A stretch of DNA of 64,000 bases from Rhodosorus marinus CCMP1338 (taxonomy: Eukaryota > Plantae > Rhodophyta). The stretch is from assembly GCA_029953675.1 (NCBI GenBank), contig JAMWBK010000006.1:868001-932000 (forward strand). The letters run 5' to 3'. Below the pieces are notes generated by a model that did not search any database, was not told the origin of the DNA, and saw only the letters and a list, made by a program, of their open reading frames with translations. Shown here in pieces: positions 11,371-22,187 of the stretch; position 1 is the stretch's first letter, and each line of letters starts with the position of its first letter. Position numbers and translations under genes: made by a program.

Positions 11371-11924
11371 GTTTGTACTTGTTCTACGAACTTTGTTCGT
11401 TTCATAATTTTTCGTCATGTCCAGAGTTGTTTTTTCTTCGCGGGTCCCTTCCCTGCCCTTCCGCGTTTTCTCTGCGGCAACTGAGTCGATCAGAACCGCA
11501 GAACCCCGATTAGCTGATTACCGGAAGCTCCAACTCGGCTTTTTAGGTGTTGTTGATCGGTGATTGATATATGGTAGGCGCGTGATGAGCGTGGCGTCTC
11601 CGTGGGTCTCCGCCCAACCGAATCCATTCAGTTAGCTATTCTACCTTGGTTTGCTCGGCCCAGAAAAGCCTTAACAGTTCTCAACATGTTGCGTATCTAC
11701 TAACCAGACAGATCGGTTTAACTAGAGCCCAAGGTCCTTGAATGAGGAGCGCTAGGCAGAGACAGGGCTTCTGGGGATCAACTGATCTTGGTTTTGAAAT
11801 CTGGAACCCGCGGAGAAAAGTTGTGAAAGAACTGGGAAGGAAGCAGAGCAGCTAAGAAAAAACGAAAAACAGGACTTGTACAACTCTATGAAACGATAAA
11901 AACATTCGTACAACTAGTACAAAC
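11371..11924. repeat. Diverged inverted repeat, arms 11371-11528 and 11767-11924, 238-nt spacer
   Basis: Collinear matching blocks after reverse-complementing the right arm: gtttgtact, tacgaa, tcgtttcata, gttttttctt, ccttccc, ttttctcYgcgg, gatYagYtgat, ccRgaagc. Both arms are 158 nt. Confidence 0.8.
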
Positions 11925-12997
11925 ACTAACATGCACACGTGGCTTTTTTATTTCAAAATACTAACCCCGTAAGAATCCATCTCTTCCTGATTTGATGTGC
12001 TGGAAAACTGTTCAAAAGAAAAATATATATCGCCGCCTAGGCAGGAGCCGCCCAAAAAAATTTATATAATCAACAAAGGAGGGCAAGAGAGCTCTCAGGA
12101 CAAAGGTCTATGAATTTCAGTAGAACTTTGCCTAATCCATAAAAAGCAGTAATATTTTATTGGCCAAAGTCAGAACACGAATGTTCTAGTTTGCCAAAAC
12201 TCACCACTCCCTTCTTCCTCCCCACTAGACAACAGATTGAAAACAGGAATAGTAAGAAGAAGTCAGAAGGTAGGGGTGCAAAACACTCCCTAAAACTTCC
12301 AATACTCCAAATAGTTTTGTGAAAACAACATAACGCAGAATCATACAAGTCCAGACGAGGGGGAATACATGTTTACTTTCCTGCTCGCTTTCCCCGCGCT
12401 CCCCTCCTTCTGTACTGCCAGCATTTTGCTTCCTTTACCTTGAGCAAAGGGTGGAAGCGTTTCTGACTGCATGCAAAAAAAAAAAGAGGGCCGGATTTTT
12501 TTTTGAGATTGTTTCTTTTTTTTCCTTTGGACTGGAGGTGTTTGATGGGGCATTTGTGAATGAGATGGGAAACGCTCTACTGATTTCCTATGTGGACTTT
12601 GGCTCCTTTTTTATTTGAAAAAGCTTGTATTTGAGTTTTTTGTTGGTTTTTTGGTATAGACGGAGATGGCATTAGGGATTAGTTGAGAAGGGCGGGCGGG
12701 GAGGTGGGGAGGGGGTATGGGGAGAAAGGTGATTTGGTGTGAATGGTTGGAGGGAGTGGGGGAGTGGAAAGGGCTATTTGGCCACTGATTAGAGGCTAAA
12801 GTATTTTTGTCGGGGTTTTTTCTTGGGGGTGGTGGTGGGGGATATGTTGGTAGGGGATTGAGGGGTATTGGTGATGGACGTTTGAGAGAATCTTGTGACG
12901 GGTTCCGGAGGTTGACTTTTTTGATGTTCCCGGTCAGGGTTGTGAGGAGTAGCTTCTTTTGCTTCCAGTTTTTCGGGTAAAGTGAGTGCGGGTCAGC

Positions 12998-13780
12998 ATG
13001 AGGAGGAGCTTTTTCGGAGGTGTGGTTTCCGTGAAGGAACCTTTGTTCCTGGATGGGTCGCCGGAGCAGTCCATTGTATTATCTCAGGTGAGACCAGATT
13101 TGGTTTTTCTCGGCACTTCTTGAGTAGATTTGCGCTAAGGCTATACTTCTGCCTGATTAGGCGTGCTTGTCCAAGAGCCCAAAAGACGGAGAGCGAGTTC
13201 TCCTCCGAGTCATGCCTGGACACGAGGAAGCGGCGGTTATCGGTTCAATTAACCCTGGTCAGGGACTAGATTGTGTAAGTGTTGCTGTGACTCCTTTTCC
13301 CTTCCTAGTTGGTCCAGGGCCCCAACTTTCTGTAGACAGGGGGCTTACCGATTTCGTTTCTCGTGCGAAACGTAGTTGAAGCTGAGGTTTGTAGTGAGCG
13401 AGGCAGTTTGGCTTCAGCTTGAGGGATCTGAGGATGCGGAAGTACATGTTACTGGTAGCGTTGAGTTCGCGAACGTCAGGTCGAGAGGGTCTAGGAATAG
13501 GAACGATCCGAACTCGCCCTTCAACTTCTCTGGACCTGGTCAACGAGCCTTCAATAGTGTTCACAGGTGGAATGACAGGGATATGGATTTCCGAGCCCCA
13601 CGAGCGAGAGGCGTCGGACCCACAAAGTACCGGCCCGAAATTACTCCCGAACCGCTTGAATTGGATCCTACATTGTGGAACTACGACGGCATGACCTTGA
13701 CAGTGATCGAAGCGGACAGCAGCGACGAGGAGGCTGAACCCTACTATGTTATTTTGCGTTTCGAAGGTCACGAGCTCTGA
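12998..13780 (+). CDS. Nucleoplasmin-like (NPL) domain protein, ~202 aa
   Basis: Exons 12998-13087, 13161-13274 and 13376-13780 join in frame: MRRSFFGGVVSVKEPL...LSQ/ACLSKSPKDGERVLLRV...IGSINPG.../LKLRF...AEVHVTGSVEF, matching the FWG...LSQAAL...VHLTG pattern of NPL domains (HD2/FKBP39 type). Confidence 0.65.
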
Positions 13781-14640
13781 CGGAGACTATTTACCAACGA
13801 ACATGGCTTTTCCAGTAGAGCCACCTGCGTCCGTCGAGGCTTAGACATCTGTACAATAGGAGACTTGTCAGAAGTCGATGGTTTGTTTGGCCGTATATTG
13901 TATGTACATCTACCGAGAGTACTCCAACTTCTCCCTCAATGATATTCTCCGATGGGAACAGAAGTTCTCGCTGGGCTTTCGGAACCGCACACTGAATGGA
14001 CATTGGATGCGGATGCTATGATAGATAGCACGTTGAGCCTGCTTTGAGCTCGCCTAGTGACGACTCCATCGGAACCACACTGTGGATCGCGTTTCACACA
14101 AGTGTAACTGTTAATAATCAAGAATTTAAAAAGTAATAAATACGAAGGATTGCGTAATGAGTTGAGCCTGTACTCCCACCAGGTGGATCACGGCTGTTGC
14201 CGTTTCCGTTCGCAAGCCGAAGCAGTCTAAACTCTGGTGCCGTTCAAAGCTCGACATGTAGGAAAGACCAGTCACAATCTAAAATGCACGTTGCGCACCA
14301 AGCGGATGACCTTTTTGTTCAAAACCTGGCTTCACTGGCGAACGAAAAAAAGAGTGAGGGCCGATGTCCCCGAACAAGACGCGATCAATTTGCTTTGTCC
14401 TGCCTGCTTGCTCAAAATTCTAAGTCGTCTCATATCTGACTTTCAACGACTTTCTACCTTTCGTTCTACTACTCAAGACGGATTTCACGCGTAAGCCAGA
14501 CCCGCGAACAAAGGTCTCTCACTGTCGAAAAGGGGGATCCGCTCAACAAAAATCACATTTGCCAATCCTTCGTCGACTCCTTTGGCCAACACTTTCCTCA
14601 GTAACAATCGTCAATGTTTGGCCAAATCATCTTCCGGTAA

Positions 14641-14855
14641 CATTCGCATCGTTTCGTTTTGGCCGAGCATTTCTGAGTAGCATTTGCCATGGTTTCCTTT
14701 TGGCCAGCATTTCTGAAAACATTTGCCATGGTTTCGTTTTGGCCAGCATTTCTGAGAGCATTTGCGATGGTTTCGTTTTGGCCAGCATTTCTGAGTAACA
14801 CTTGCCATGGTTTCGTTTTTTCCAGCATTTCTGAGTAACATTCGCCAATGTTCCG
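14641..14855. repeat. Minisatellite: five 39-40-bp units plus a partial unit, with degenerate units from ~14580
   Basis: Consensus catttgccatggtttcgttttggccagcatttctgagtaa; units start at 14641, 14681, 14720, 14759 and 14799. No unique spacers. Confidence 0.95.
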
Positions 14856-15038
14856 TGCATATATTTGGCCAACAGTCCGGCTTGGATTTGCCTATTTCAC
14901 ATGTGCATTAGGAAGACAAGGGTTGGGCGGGAAGGAGTTGAACGTGTTGGTTGCTTTGGACTCAAAAAGTAGATAAATAGAGAGGATTGGAATATGGAGG
15001 AGGGGTGAACGGACACGGGTCAGTAAATTTTGACGAGC

Positions 15039-16598
15039 ATGGCGAATACGACGGATCCGTTGGCGATTCGTGCCCATGGGACGGATCCTCAGTTTCTGAT
15101 TGAGAAGATCACTAGGGAAAAGATTTACAGTTCAACGTTTTGGAAGGAAGAATGTTTCGGCCTCAACGCATCGACGCTGATTGACAAAGCTGTTAAGCTT
15201 CAGTACGCGTGTGGACTGCACGGGACTTTTCGGCTGCCGTCCCCGTTCCTCTGCCTGGCGCTGAAGATGCTTCAGCTCTCTCCAGAGCGAGACATTACGC
15301 TCGAATTCATTAATCAGGAGCAGTTCAAATATGTTAGAATTCTTGGTGCGTTCTATCTGCGCCTCGTGGGAAACTCCGTGGAAGTGTTTCGCCATTTGGA
15401 GCCACTGTACGAAGACTTTCGAAAGATTAGAGTCCGGAACTACGATGGCTTTGAAATCAAGCATGTGGATGAGATTGTCGAGAAATTGCTTTGGGATGAA
15501 GACCTCTTCGACACAAAACTGCCGAGGCTCGCAAACCGGACGACCTTGATCAGCACACGTCAGCTACCAAAAAGAGTGAGCCCGCTTTCCGATGAACTAG
15601 AGGAGCTCATGAAAGAGGAAGAAATCAAAATGAAGGTACGCTGTAATATCGGACCAGCCACCAGTTCTTCCACAGTCATATCTGAGAACGGCGTTTCTCT
15701 TTTCCTTGCAGGCTTCCGCGGAGAAAAGTGAAGCTGAAAAAGGCGAAGCGTAAGTGATCATGCAATACTTTTCAGGCTCCAAGGCTATCTGCTTCACCCT
15801 GGTGGAGTATATGTACGGACTCGTTGGACTTTCAGCTGTGTCGTGGAAGCCTTCGATACTGATGATGAGCTGGGCCCATGATATCGTCCTTTTGCTGACT
15901 GTGTATAACGATTTTGTAGGAATATGAATGGACGTGAGGATGTGCAGGCAGCGGAGACGACGCGGCGACAGAAAACAAGTAAAGATTCTGAGCCAGAGAC
16001 GGGAGAACAACCTCATAGCAAGACGTTGGAAGAGAGGCAAGGCCGTGGTCGAGAAAATGAGCGAGACCGTCATCGAGGTCGAGAGCGAGACAGAGACAAA
16101 GATGGTAGGGATCGAGAACGGAGCAGAGACCGCGAACGAAACAGAGATCGAGAACGAAGCAGAGATCGAGAACGAAACAGAGACCGAGAACGCGACAGGG
16201 ATTTAGATCGTGACAGGGATCGTGGTCGTGATAGGGAGCATCGGCACAGACATAGTCGGAGGGGTAGGGATAGATCAAGAAGCGGTGATAGAAAACGACG
16301 ATCCAGGTCACGGAGTCGCGGCAGGCGAAGAGACCGGTCGAGATCATCCAGCGGAGAGCGACGAAGGCATCGTTCCGGATCCAGGAGTGGAAGGAGAAGT
16401 CATTGGTCCAGGTCCCGAGATAGAAGTGGCCGCGACCACGGACGCTCGCGGGATCACGATTCCCGAGCTGAGGACCGACGCAGCAAATCCAAGTCCTCCA
16501 ATGAGAATGCTGGAGCTGGTTCCAAGCCAGCTCCTGAAGGCAGCGTAGATTACTGGAATATTGAGCGTGCGAAGCTTGGCCTGAAGCCCCTCAAGTAG
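15039..16598 (+). CDS. PRP38: Pre-mRNA splicing factor PRP38 with RD/RS tail and C-terminal HIND-like motif
   Basis: MANTTDP..HGTDPQFLIEKITREKIY..FWKEECFGLN and KYVRILGAFYLRLVG. Exons 15039-15635, 15712-15749 and 15920-16598. RD/RS repeats; ends NIERAKLGLKPLK. Confidence 0.93.
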
Positions 16599-17003
16599 GT
16601 TTGCTGGTGCACTAGGCAATCTGTTATTTCTTACTAGGCCGGACTCCTGGAAGAGCTAGCCTCATTTCGTGCTACGTAAATAGGAGTGTACATAAAAGAA
16701 GAGAGCCAGGAACTTTGACACTTCTACCCAGGATTGTGTTCCTTTGGGAGATGCAGGAAGGTTGATGATGATGATGAAGTGACACCCAGAGTTTCCCTGG
16801 GGTGCAACTGAGTTGCTTCTTCACACAAGACAGGTCATCATCGTGTTTGAAGTCATGATTTACAATATTCGTATTCAGAACATAAAACGACGTGCCAGGC
16901 ACCCCACTCAAGCCGGGAACGGAAGTCGTGCGGCAGGACGAACGAGCGCCCAGTTATTAGATATCATGTGGACCACATACTTCTCGAATCTGACCGAGAA
17001 TCA

Positions 17004-18394
17004 TCAGGGTTTACTTCCCAGGTGCTCGTTCAAGACTTCGGTAAGCTTTTCCGTGCTTCCGATGGCCGGAAAGTTTGGACCGGAAAAGTATGGACCGGTG
17101 CTCTCCAAGTTTTTCATTGCTGCATTCGGAAATAATTTCTTGATTGCTGCTTCTTCCTCTTCGCTCCACTGCTTTCCGAAAGCAAAAAGAGACTTTCCGG
17201 TATAGGTCTCGGATTCGTAGCTGACGTCACAAGTCACAGAAAAAAATAAGCCCGGGTCCAACCGTTGAGGACAGCATTGTGAACCATTCGAGTTCACTCG
17301 TAATCGAGTAAGTTTCCTTGTCACTACTTACACAGGGAAAGTGATAAGGGCCGGCATCGCTTCCTGTATGGCTTGGATACCATGCCTCCACTTGTAGAAA
17401 CCTGGTTCATCGCTGTCACTAACAACATTCGTCATCAGAAACTGACGTAGCCTGTCATCTTCGATACCCCCCTTTTTCAAGTCTTCTTCAATGTCCCTGA
17501 AATGTTGTCGCCAATCGGAACTTTGTCAGAACCAAGAAACAGGCCCAGCTCACATGCCTCAAGTGCAAAGCTCTTTCCAGACTCACTTCTTTTGTGTGTA
17601 GTTCTCGATTTCCACGTCGTGAATTACTTGAACAATCTTATTCACAAACTCCAGTTTCTTGTCAGATGCCAGCGGTGAACCATCAATCACAACTAGGTCC
17701 GATACTCGATCTGATTGTTCCAATGCAAGAATCATTCCAACCTACAATTTGGGACAGTTGATTGCAGACGTAAGTATTCAGTCTACGTGACACAACACCA
17801 TCTGCCTCAGGGAATGATTCCTACCTTTCCACCAATATTAGTCCCTACGATAGACGCTGCCTCAATACCTAACGCAATAAAAGCACGGTTTTTAGCGTCT
17901 CTTATCCAGACTGCACAGGACCGTCATCCTCTATGCACTCAAGGAGCCGCTCGCCTTACCTTCGTTGTCTAGGAAAAGCGAAACATCTCTCGATAGCGCG
18001 TGCAGGTCCATCTCTCCAGTATGAGGGCTCAGACCGTGATTGCGCATGTCAAGTGTATAAATATCCCTTTTCGGCGCTGCGCAGTGCGTAGAGGAAACAA
18101 CAAAAACACTCAAAAATAAGAATCGAAAACTCAAGATAAGACTTGAGGTCAGAAGGTACCGAACTCCGGCTTCTTGACCAAGCTCCGGTAAGACATCTGA
18201 CTTCCAAGCAAGCCATGCAAGAGGACAACAGGAGGCGAGGGGGCCGCATCTTCCTTCGCATCGAACTTGGTGAATGCAACGGGCACAGTACATGAACCTC
18301 TGCGGGTCACTGGTTCTTCTACCGCCGAGGCGGATGTCGCGAAAGCTCGTCGTCGAATCTCGTTCGCTCCGCGACTCTGAAGAATCCGTAACAT
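17004..18394 (-). CDS. Mitochondrial-type ABHD11/YbfF-like alpha/beta-hydrolase fold protein, probably catalytically inactive
   Basis: Six exons: 18394-18160, 18076-17960, 17868-17825, 17741-17587, a fifth from ~17496 to ~17331, and 17220-17004. Motifs LLHGLLGS, DMRNHG and VVIDGSP; the elbow reads GTNIGG. Arg-rich presequence MLRILQSRG...RRRAFATS. Confidence 0.8.
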
Positions 18395-20786
18395 TTTGTA
18401 AAAGCAAATCAAAACAGCCCACAAGCGGCAGGGAAAAAAAAACCAGAGCCCACAAAAACTACTCTCAGACCCTCACAACTCGCAGATCGCCACACTCTCC
18501 TCCCTTCAAAAGTCAAAAAACCCCGCCGAGAAGCTCCCACATCAGCACACCACCGTCCAACAGCTCCCAAGTTGAGCCCCCCCTCCCAAACCTTCACCGT
18601 TCTCCGATCCGGAACCTCCTTCAACCACAAAGCTCCTTGGAACTTTCACCCAAACCCAGGCAAAATAGATAGTTACCAGTACCCACCCAAACCCCTCCCC
18701 CTCCTCCGTCTCCTCCAACCTAACCCACTCCCTACTCTCCTCGAACATATACCAACTCCACTTCAAAATGCTTTTCCAACATTCTACTTCAGATCCAAAA
18801 AACACTACCAAAAAAATAACTATCAACCAGAAACCCTCCAAAACAACCCAAATTTCCAACATTCCCTCTCATGGCCAATGTTCAAACAAAAACTGTAAAA
18901 CAAGGCCGGCTAGATAGGCCACAACTGTTCGCGCAAAAAAAATTTGGCGAATGATACATGAGATGTAATCCAAATCACATGGGAAGTATCCAATCATCCG
19001 AGACGCTCTCGCGGAAAGCGAACTTCCTTTTTTAACACGTTTAAATTTATTCAAAATATAAAATGTATTTATTCAACATGGCGATATTGAGCCAATCCGT
19101 GCGGTTCTAAAAAAATACAAAAATCTGCATGGTCTGCAGGCTAATGTAACTCCTTTGACTACCTTCTTTTCCCCCCTCCCAAACCCCAATTACATGGGGG
19201 TTGGATGGAGGAGTCCCGTCCCGTCCCAATCACGAAAAACAAAAATTACAGAACAAATTAGATTGTTCGGAGATATCTTCCTAGAAGTAGGTGAACAGCT
19301 CTGTACCCCTCCTTTTTCCCCCGTTCTCTCATCTCCTCTTCCCCTCCCCCCCCGCGCCACCCCGGGAGGCATCGAGATGGTTTCTGGTGACCGTTGATTG
19401 ATATAATTTTTTCTTCGAGATTTAATAAACCAGCAAAACGGAATATAGATGTTGACACCCTCCCGTGGGGTTGGAACTTGTGCAAAATTGTGAGTCCTCG
19501 GGAACATTTGCCTTAAGATTCTATTTTGGCCCCGAAAAAAAAATGAGGGACGCGCGATGCTTAGGAATCTTGACATGCAGAATGGCATCATGGCAGTGGA
19601 AGCCTTACTGGCGATGAAGGGCATAAGCTTGTTTTGCTGAGCTACATTGCTTTATGGAAGCCTCCAGTAGCATTGTTACTGAAAAACTAACCCTTCCCGC
19701 GGGTTGGGGGGTTAAGAACATGGAAACGGGAAGTCCCAAGCACGTGACTACTTGTCAGCAAAGAACTATTAGCAACGAGTAAACCCCTGCTGGCGGATGG
19801 TCTGCATGGCGGTTCATGAACCGTCTCTCCGCGCAATCAGGAGCGAATGTACTGTTTAATTAGAAGAAAGGTCGAGCTGCGGGTAGAGTCCGTCCGACCT
19901 TGAGAACATAGGGCGACTGGTGGTAAACGCCAGGTTTGGTGCATCTGAGAATATGCAGTGTGGACGTATTTGCTCACGGGGAGGCGGGTGAACCAACCTG
20001 GATTCTTTCTCCGCCATTGCAATTTTCCAGTTTGGTCTATAGGGTTTCAAGCAAGTGAATTGGAATGCCTCAGCATGATGTCGAACAGCTTAGCAGCTCG
20101 AACGCTGAAAGCCTTGCCCTTTGTGAGAGCTGCTTACCGAAAGACGCAGTTACGATCACCATAGCTGGGTCTCTACATGTAAATGATTTTCATCTCCCGC
20201 ATCAGGTCTGTTTGTAGGTCTAGAACTGGCTACTTCTCTCTGCAGGAACTTCAGCTCTGGTTCAAGCCGATGGGCTAGGAGCAATGAACTGAATTCCTGA
20301 TCGGTCCGGTAGATCCCTAAAAAAAACCGAGAGCTTCCGCTTCAATGATCGTACCTTTGAAGCAGAGTCACGAGAGACCGCATATCGGGCAGAGACGAGC
20401 TGGTGCGGCAAAGCTGGGGGTAATTCTTCATCAGGACATTCACGGGATCACGCTCAGAAAATTTATTCGAGATCCCGTTTGCAAGACGGGAGCCAGGCGA
20501 ACGAACACATCTGCATAGCTTAACGATCCGAAAACCCACCGAAAATGAAGTTCGACACTTTCCGAATATAGCTTGTTTTGGTCTGTTAATGACCAAGGGC
20601 TTCAATTCAGCTCGAGGCTCAAGTCCTCCAGTTCTGTCATTGCTAAAGACAAATGTGCACATGTAGAAATAACAATCTTTACATCTCTTGAGAGCAAACC
20701 GACAAATCTCAGGAAACAAATATATTCTGCGTCGGCCGCTAAGCTCACAGCTTTCAACCGCGCTCCAAACTAACGTGCTCCTCGCG

Positions 20787-22187
20787 CTATCGCAGGGTGG
20801 CTCCTGCGAGCTTCCCTTTGTACCGATTGGATTGCGATCTGGGGCGGAAGAACCCAAGGCTCCGCAGAATAACCAATCCCGCAATGCTCGTTATCATCAT
20901 GAAGAGAATATGGGCACGGTAACGAGCTATCCCGACTATCCTCGCCGAGTCCATCGAGCCAGACATCAGGGGACCTACGCGAATCTTCCGTGTACGAAGG
21001 AACCCGGGGGCGTCCTGCAACTCCATTACAGCTTCCCTACTGTAGGATATTCGATCAGAAAACTGGAAGCCATCGTTACTAACTTCAAGATCGAACTCCA
21101 CAGTTGGAGGAAAACCCACTGCGAGGTCTGCTGGCACTTCGCATATTACGAGCTCAGGCGAAATAAACCTCGCTGACGACACCAAGGCAAATGTTGCTTC
21201 GTCTCTCACCGCATGGCGACAAACGAGACTTATTGTGTTCATGAACTTCAATCCTGCGACTGCGACATATCCATTGGCTTGAGTTGCAGAAACAGACAAA
21301 ACAATCGGTACATCTGCGGAAAATCGATTACGATCAAGTTCTCCGGTAAACTGATTGTGTTCCATTTCGGAATCGCCAGTTGTGCCAGGGTCCACCGCAA
21401 TGTCTGAGCTCATGATAGCATCGACTCTCAAGTCATCTTCGTCAATTGTTTCATCCTCATCATATGTTCCGCTAGCACCGTTTGATCCAGACTGGTGCTG
21501 GTTCACTCCCGCATCGACTTCTTGGTTCGACTGTATTCCGTACTTGTGGGTTTCAAGACCATTAGACTCCGACGCAAATCCAGAGGTACTGTGTGCACCG
21601 TCGTAGGATCCCGTTCCGTCTCTGCCTGTCGAGTCTCCATAGAGCTTAGGTCCAAACCTCCCCTGCTCGAATCCTCCCGAAAAACTACTAGATTCATCCG
21701 CTTCTTCCGTCTCTTCGTGATACAGAGGATTGCTTTCATCTAAGTCCTCGTCTTCATCTTCGTCTTTATCAAGGCTGGCGTCCTCATCTTCCTCTTCATC
21801 TTCATCTTCATCTTCATCTTCATCCTCATCTTCATCTTCATCCTCATCTTCGTCTTCGTCTCCGTCTTCGTCCACGTCAGACTCGAATAAATCAGAACCG
21901 GAGCTGGAGTTCGATTCAAAAATTCGGCTCCTATCTGGGAAGGTCTCCTCCTCAGCTTCCCAAGAACCAAAGCCCTTGGTCGTACCGAAACCATGCTGAT
22001 CGCTCGTCATACGCTCAAGTCCAGTGCCTATCTGATGTTCATCAGTAGACAGGAGTGCCGTCTCCGAGCCCGCATTTCCCAGTTCCTCCTCAGAGCCCTC
22101 ACCCCAACCGAACAGTGGTAAACCGTCTCCGACAGACACCACGGCCACGCCAACCAACAACACCACAACCCCCCAATACCTTGGCAT
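20787..22187 (-). CDS. Type I membrane protein: signal peptide, long acidic region, IPT/TIG-like Ig segment, TM helix, short basic tail
   Basis: Intronless 466-aa ORF. Hydrophobic N-terminus, (ED)n tract, ARFISPELVICEVP...DLEVSNDGFQFS resembles IPT repeats, TM segment HILFMMITSIAGLVIL. Confidence 0.7.
   Translation of the reverse strand: MPRYWGVVVLLVGVAVVSVGDGLPLFGWGEGSEEELGNAGSETALLSTDEHQIGTGLERMTSDQHGFGTTKGFGSWEAEEETFPDRSRIFESNSSSGSDLFESDVDEDGDEDEDEDEDEDEDEDEDEDEDEEEDEDASLDKDEDEDEDLDESNPLYHEETEEADESSSFSGGFEQGRFGPKLYGDSTGRDGTGSYDGAHSTSGFASESNGLETHKYGIQSNQEVDAGVNQHQSGSNGASGTYDEDETIDEDDLRVDAIMSSDIAVDPGTTGDSEMEHNQFTGELDRNRFSADVPIVLSVSATQANGYVAVAGLKFMNTISLVCRHAVRDEATFALVSSARFISPELVICEVPADLAVGFPPTVEFDLEVSNDGFQFSDRISYSREAVMELQDAPGFLRTRKIRVGPLMSGSMDSARIVGIARYRAHILFMMITSIAGLVILRSLGFFRPRSQSNRYKGKLAGATLR
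21780..21872 (-). repeat. Coding (GARGAY)n microsatellite encoding a Glu-Asp tract
   Basis: tcatct/tcctca/tcgtct iterations on the + strand, read as DEDEDE... on the - strand. Confidence 0.9.

Noticed and set aside
11582-11785. C/D snoRNA or U3 in the inverted-repeat spacer (GTGATGA...CTGA); also box-like words in PRP38 intron 2
   Set aside because: Spacing is wrong (200 nt or 30 nt), there is no terminal stem and no U3 box A.
14641-14855. CRISPR array or repeat-protein ORFs (14559..14872)
   Set aside because: Units are contiguous with no unique spacers, there are no cas genes, the context is eukaryotic, and the mixed 39/40-nt period breaks any reading frame.
19500-20780. Possible multi-exon gene downstream of the IPT-like gene
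   Set aside because: Splice-like sites occur on both strands, but all chains tried hit stops; left unannotated.
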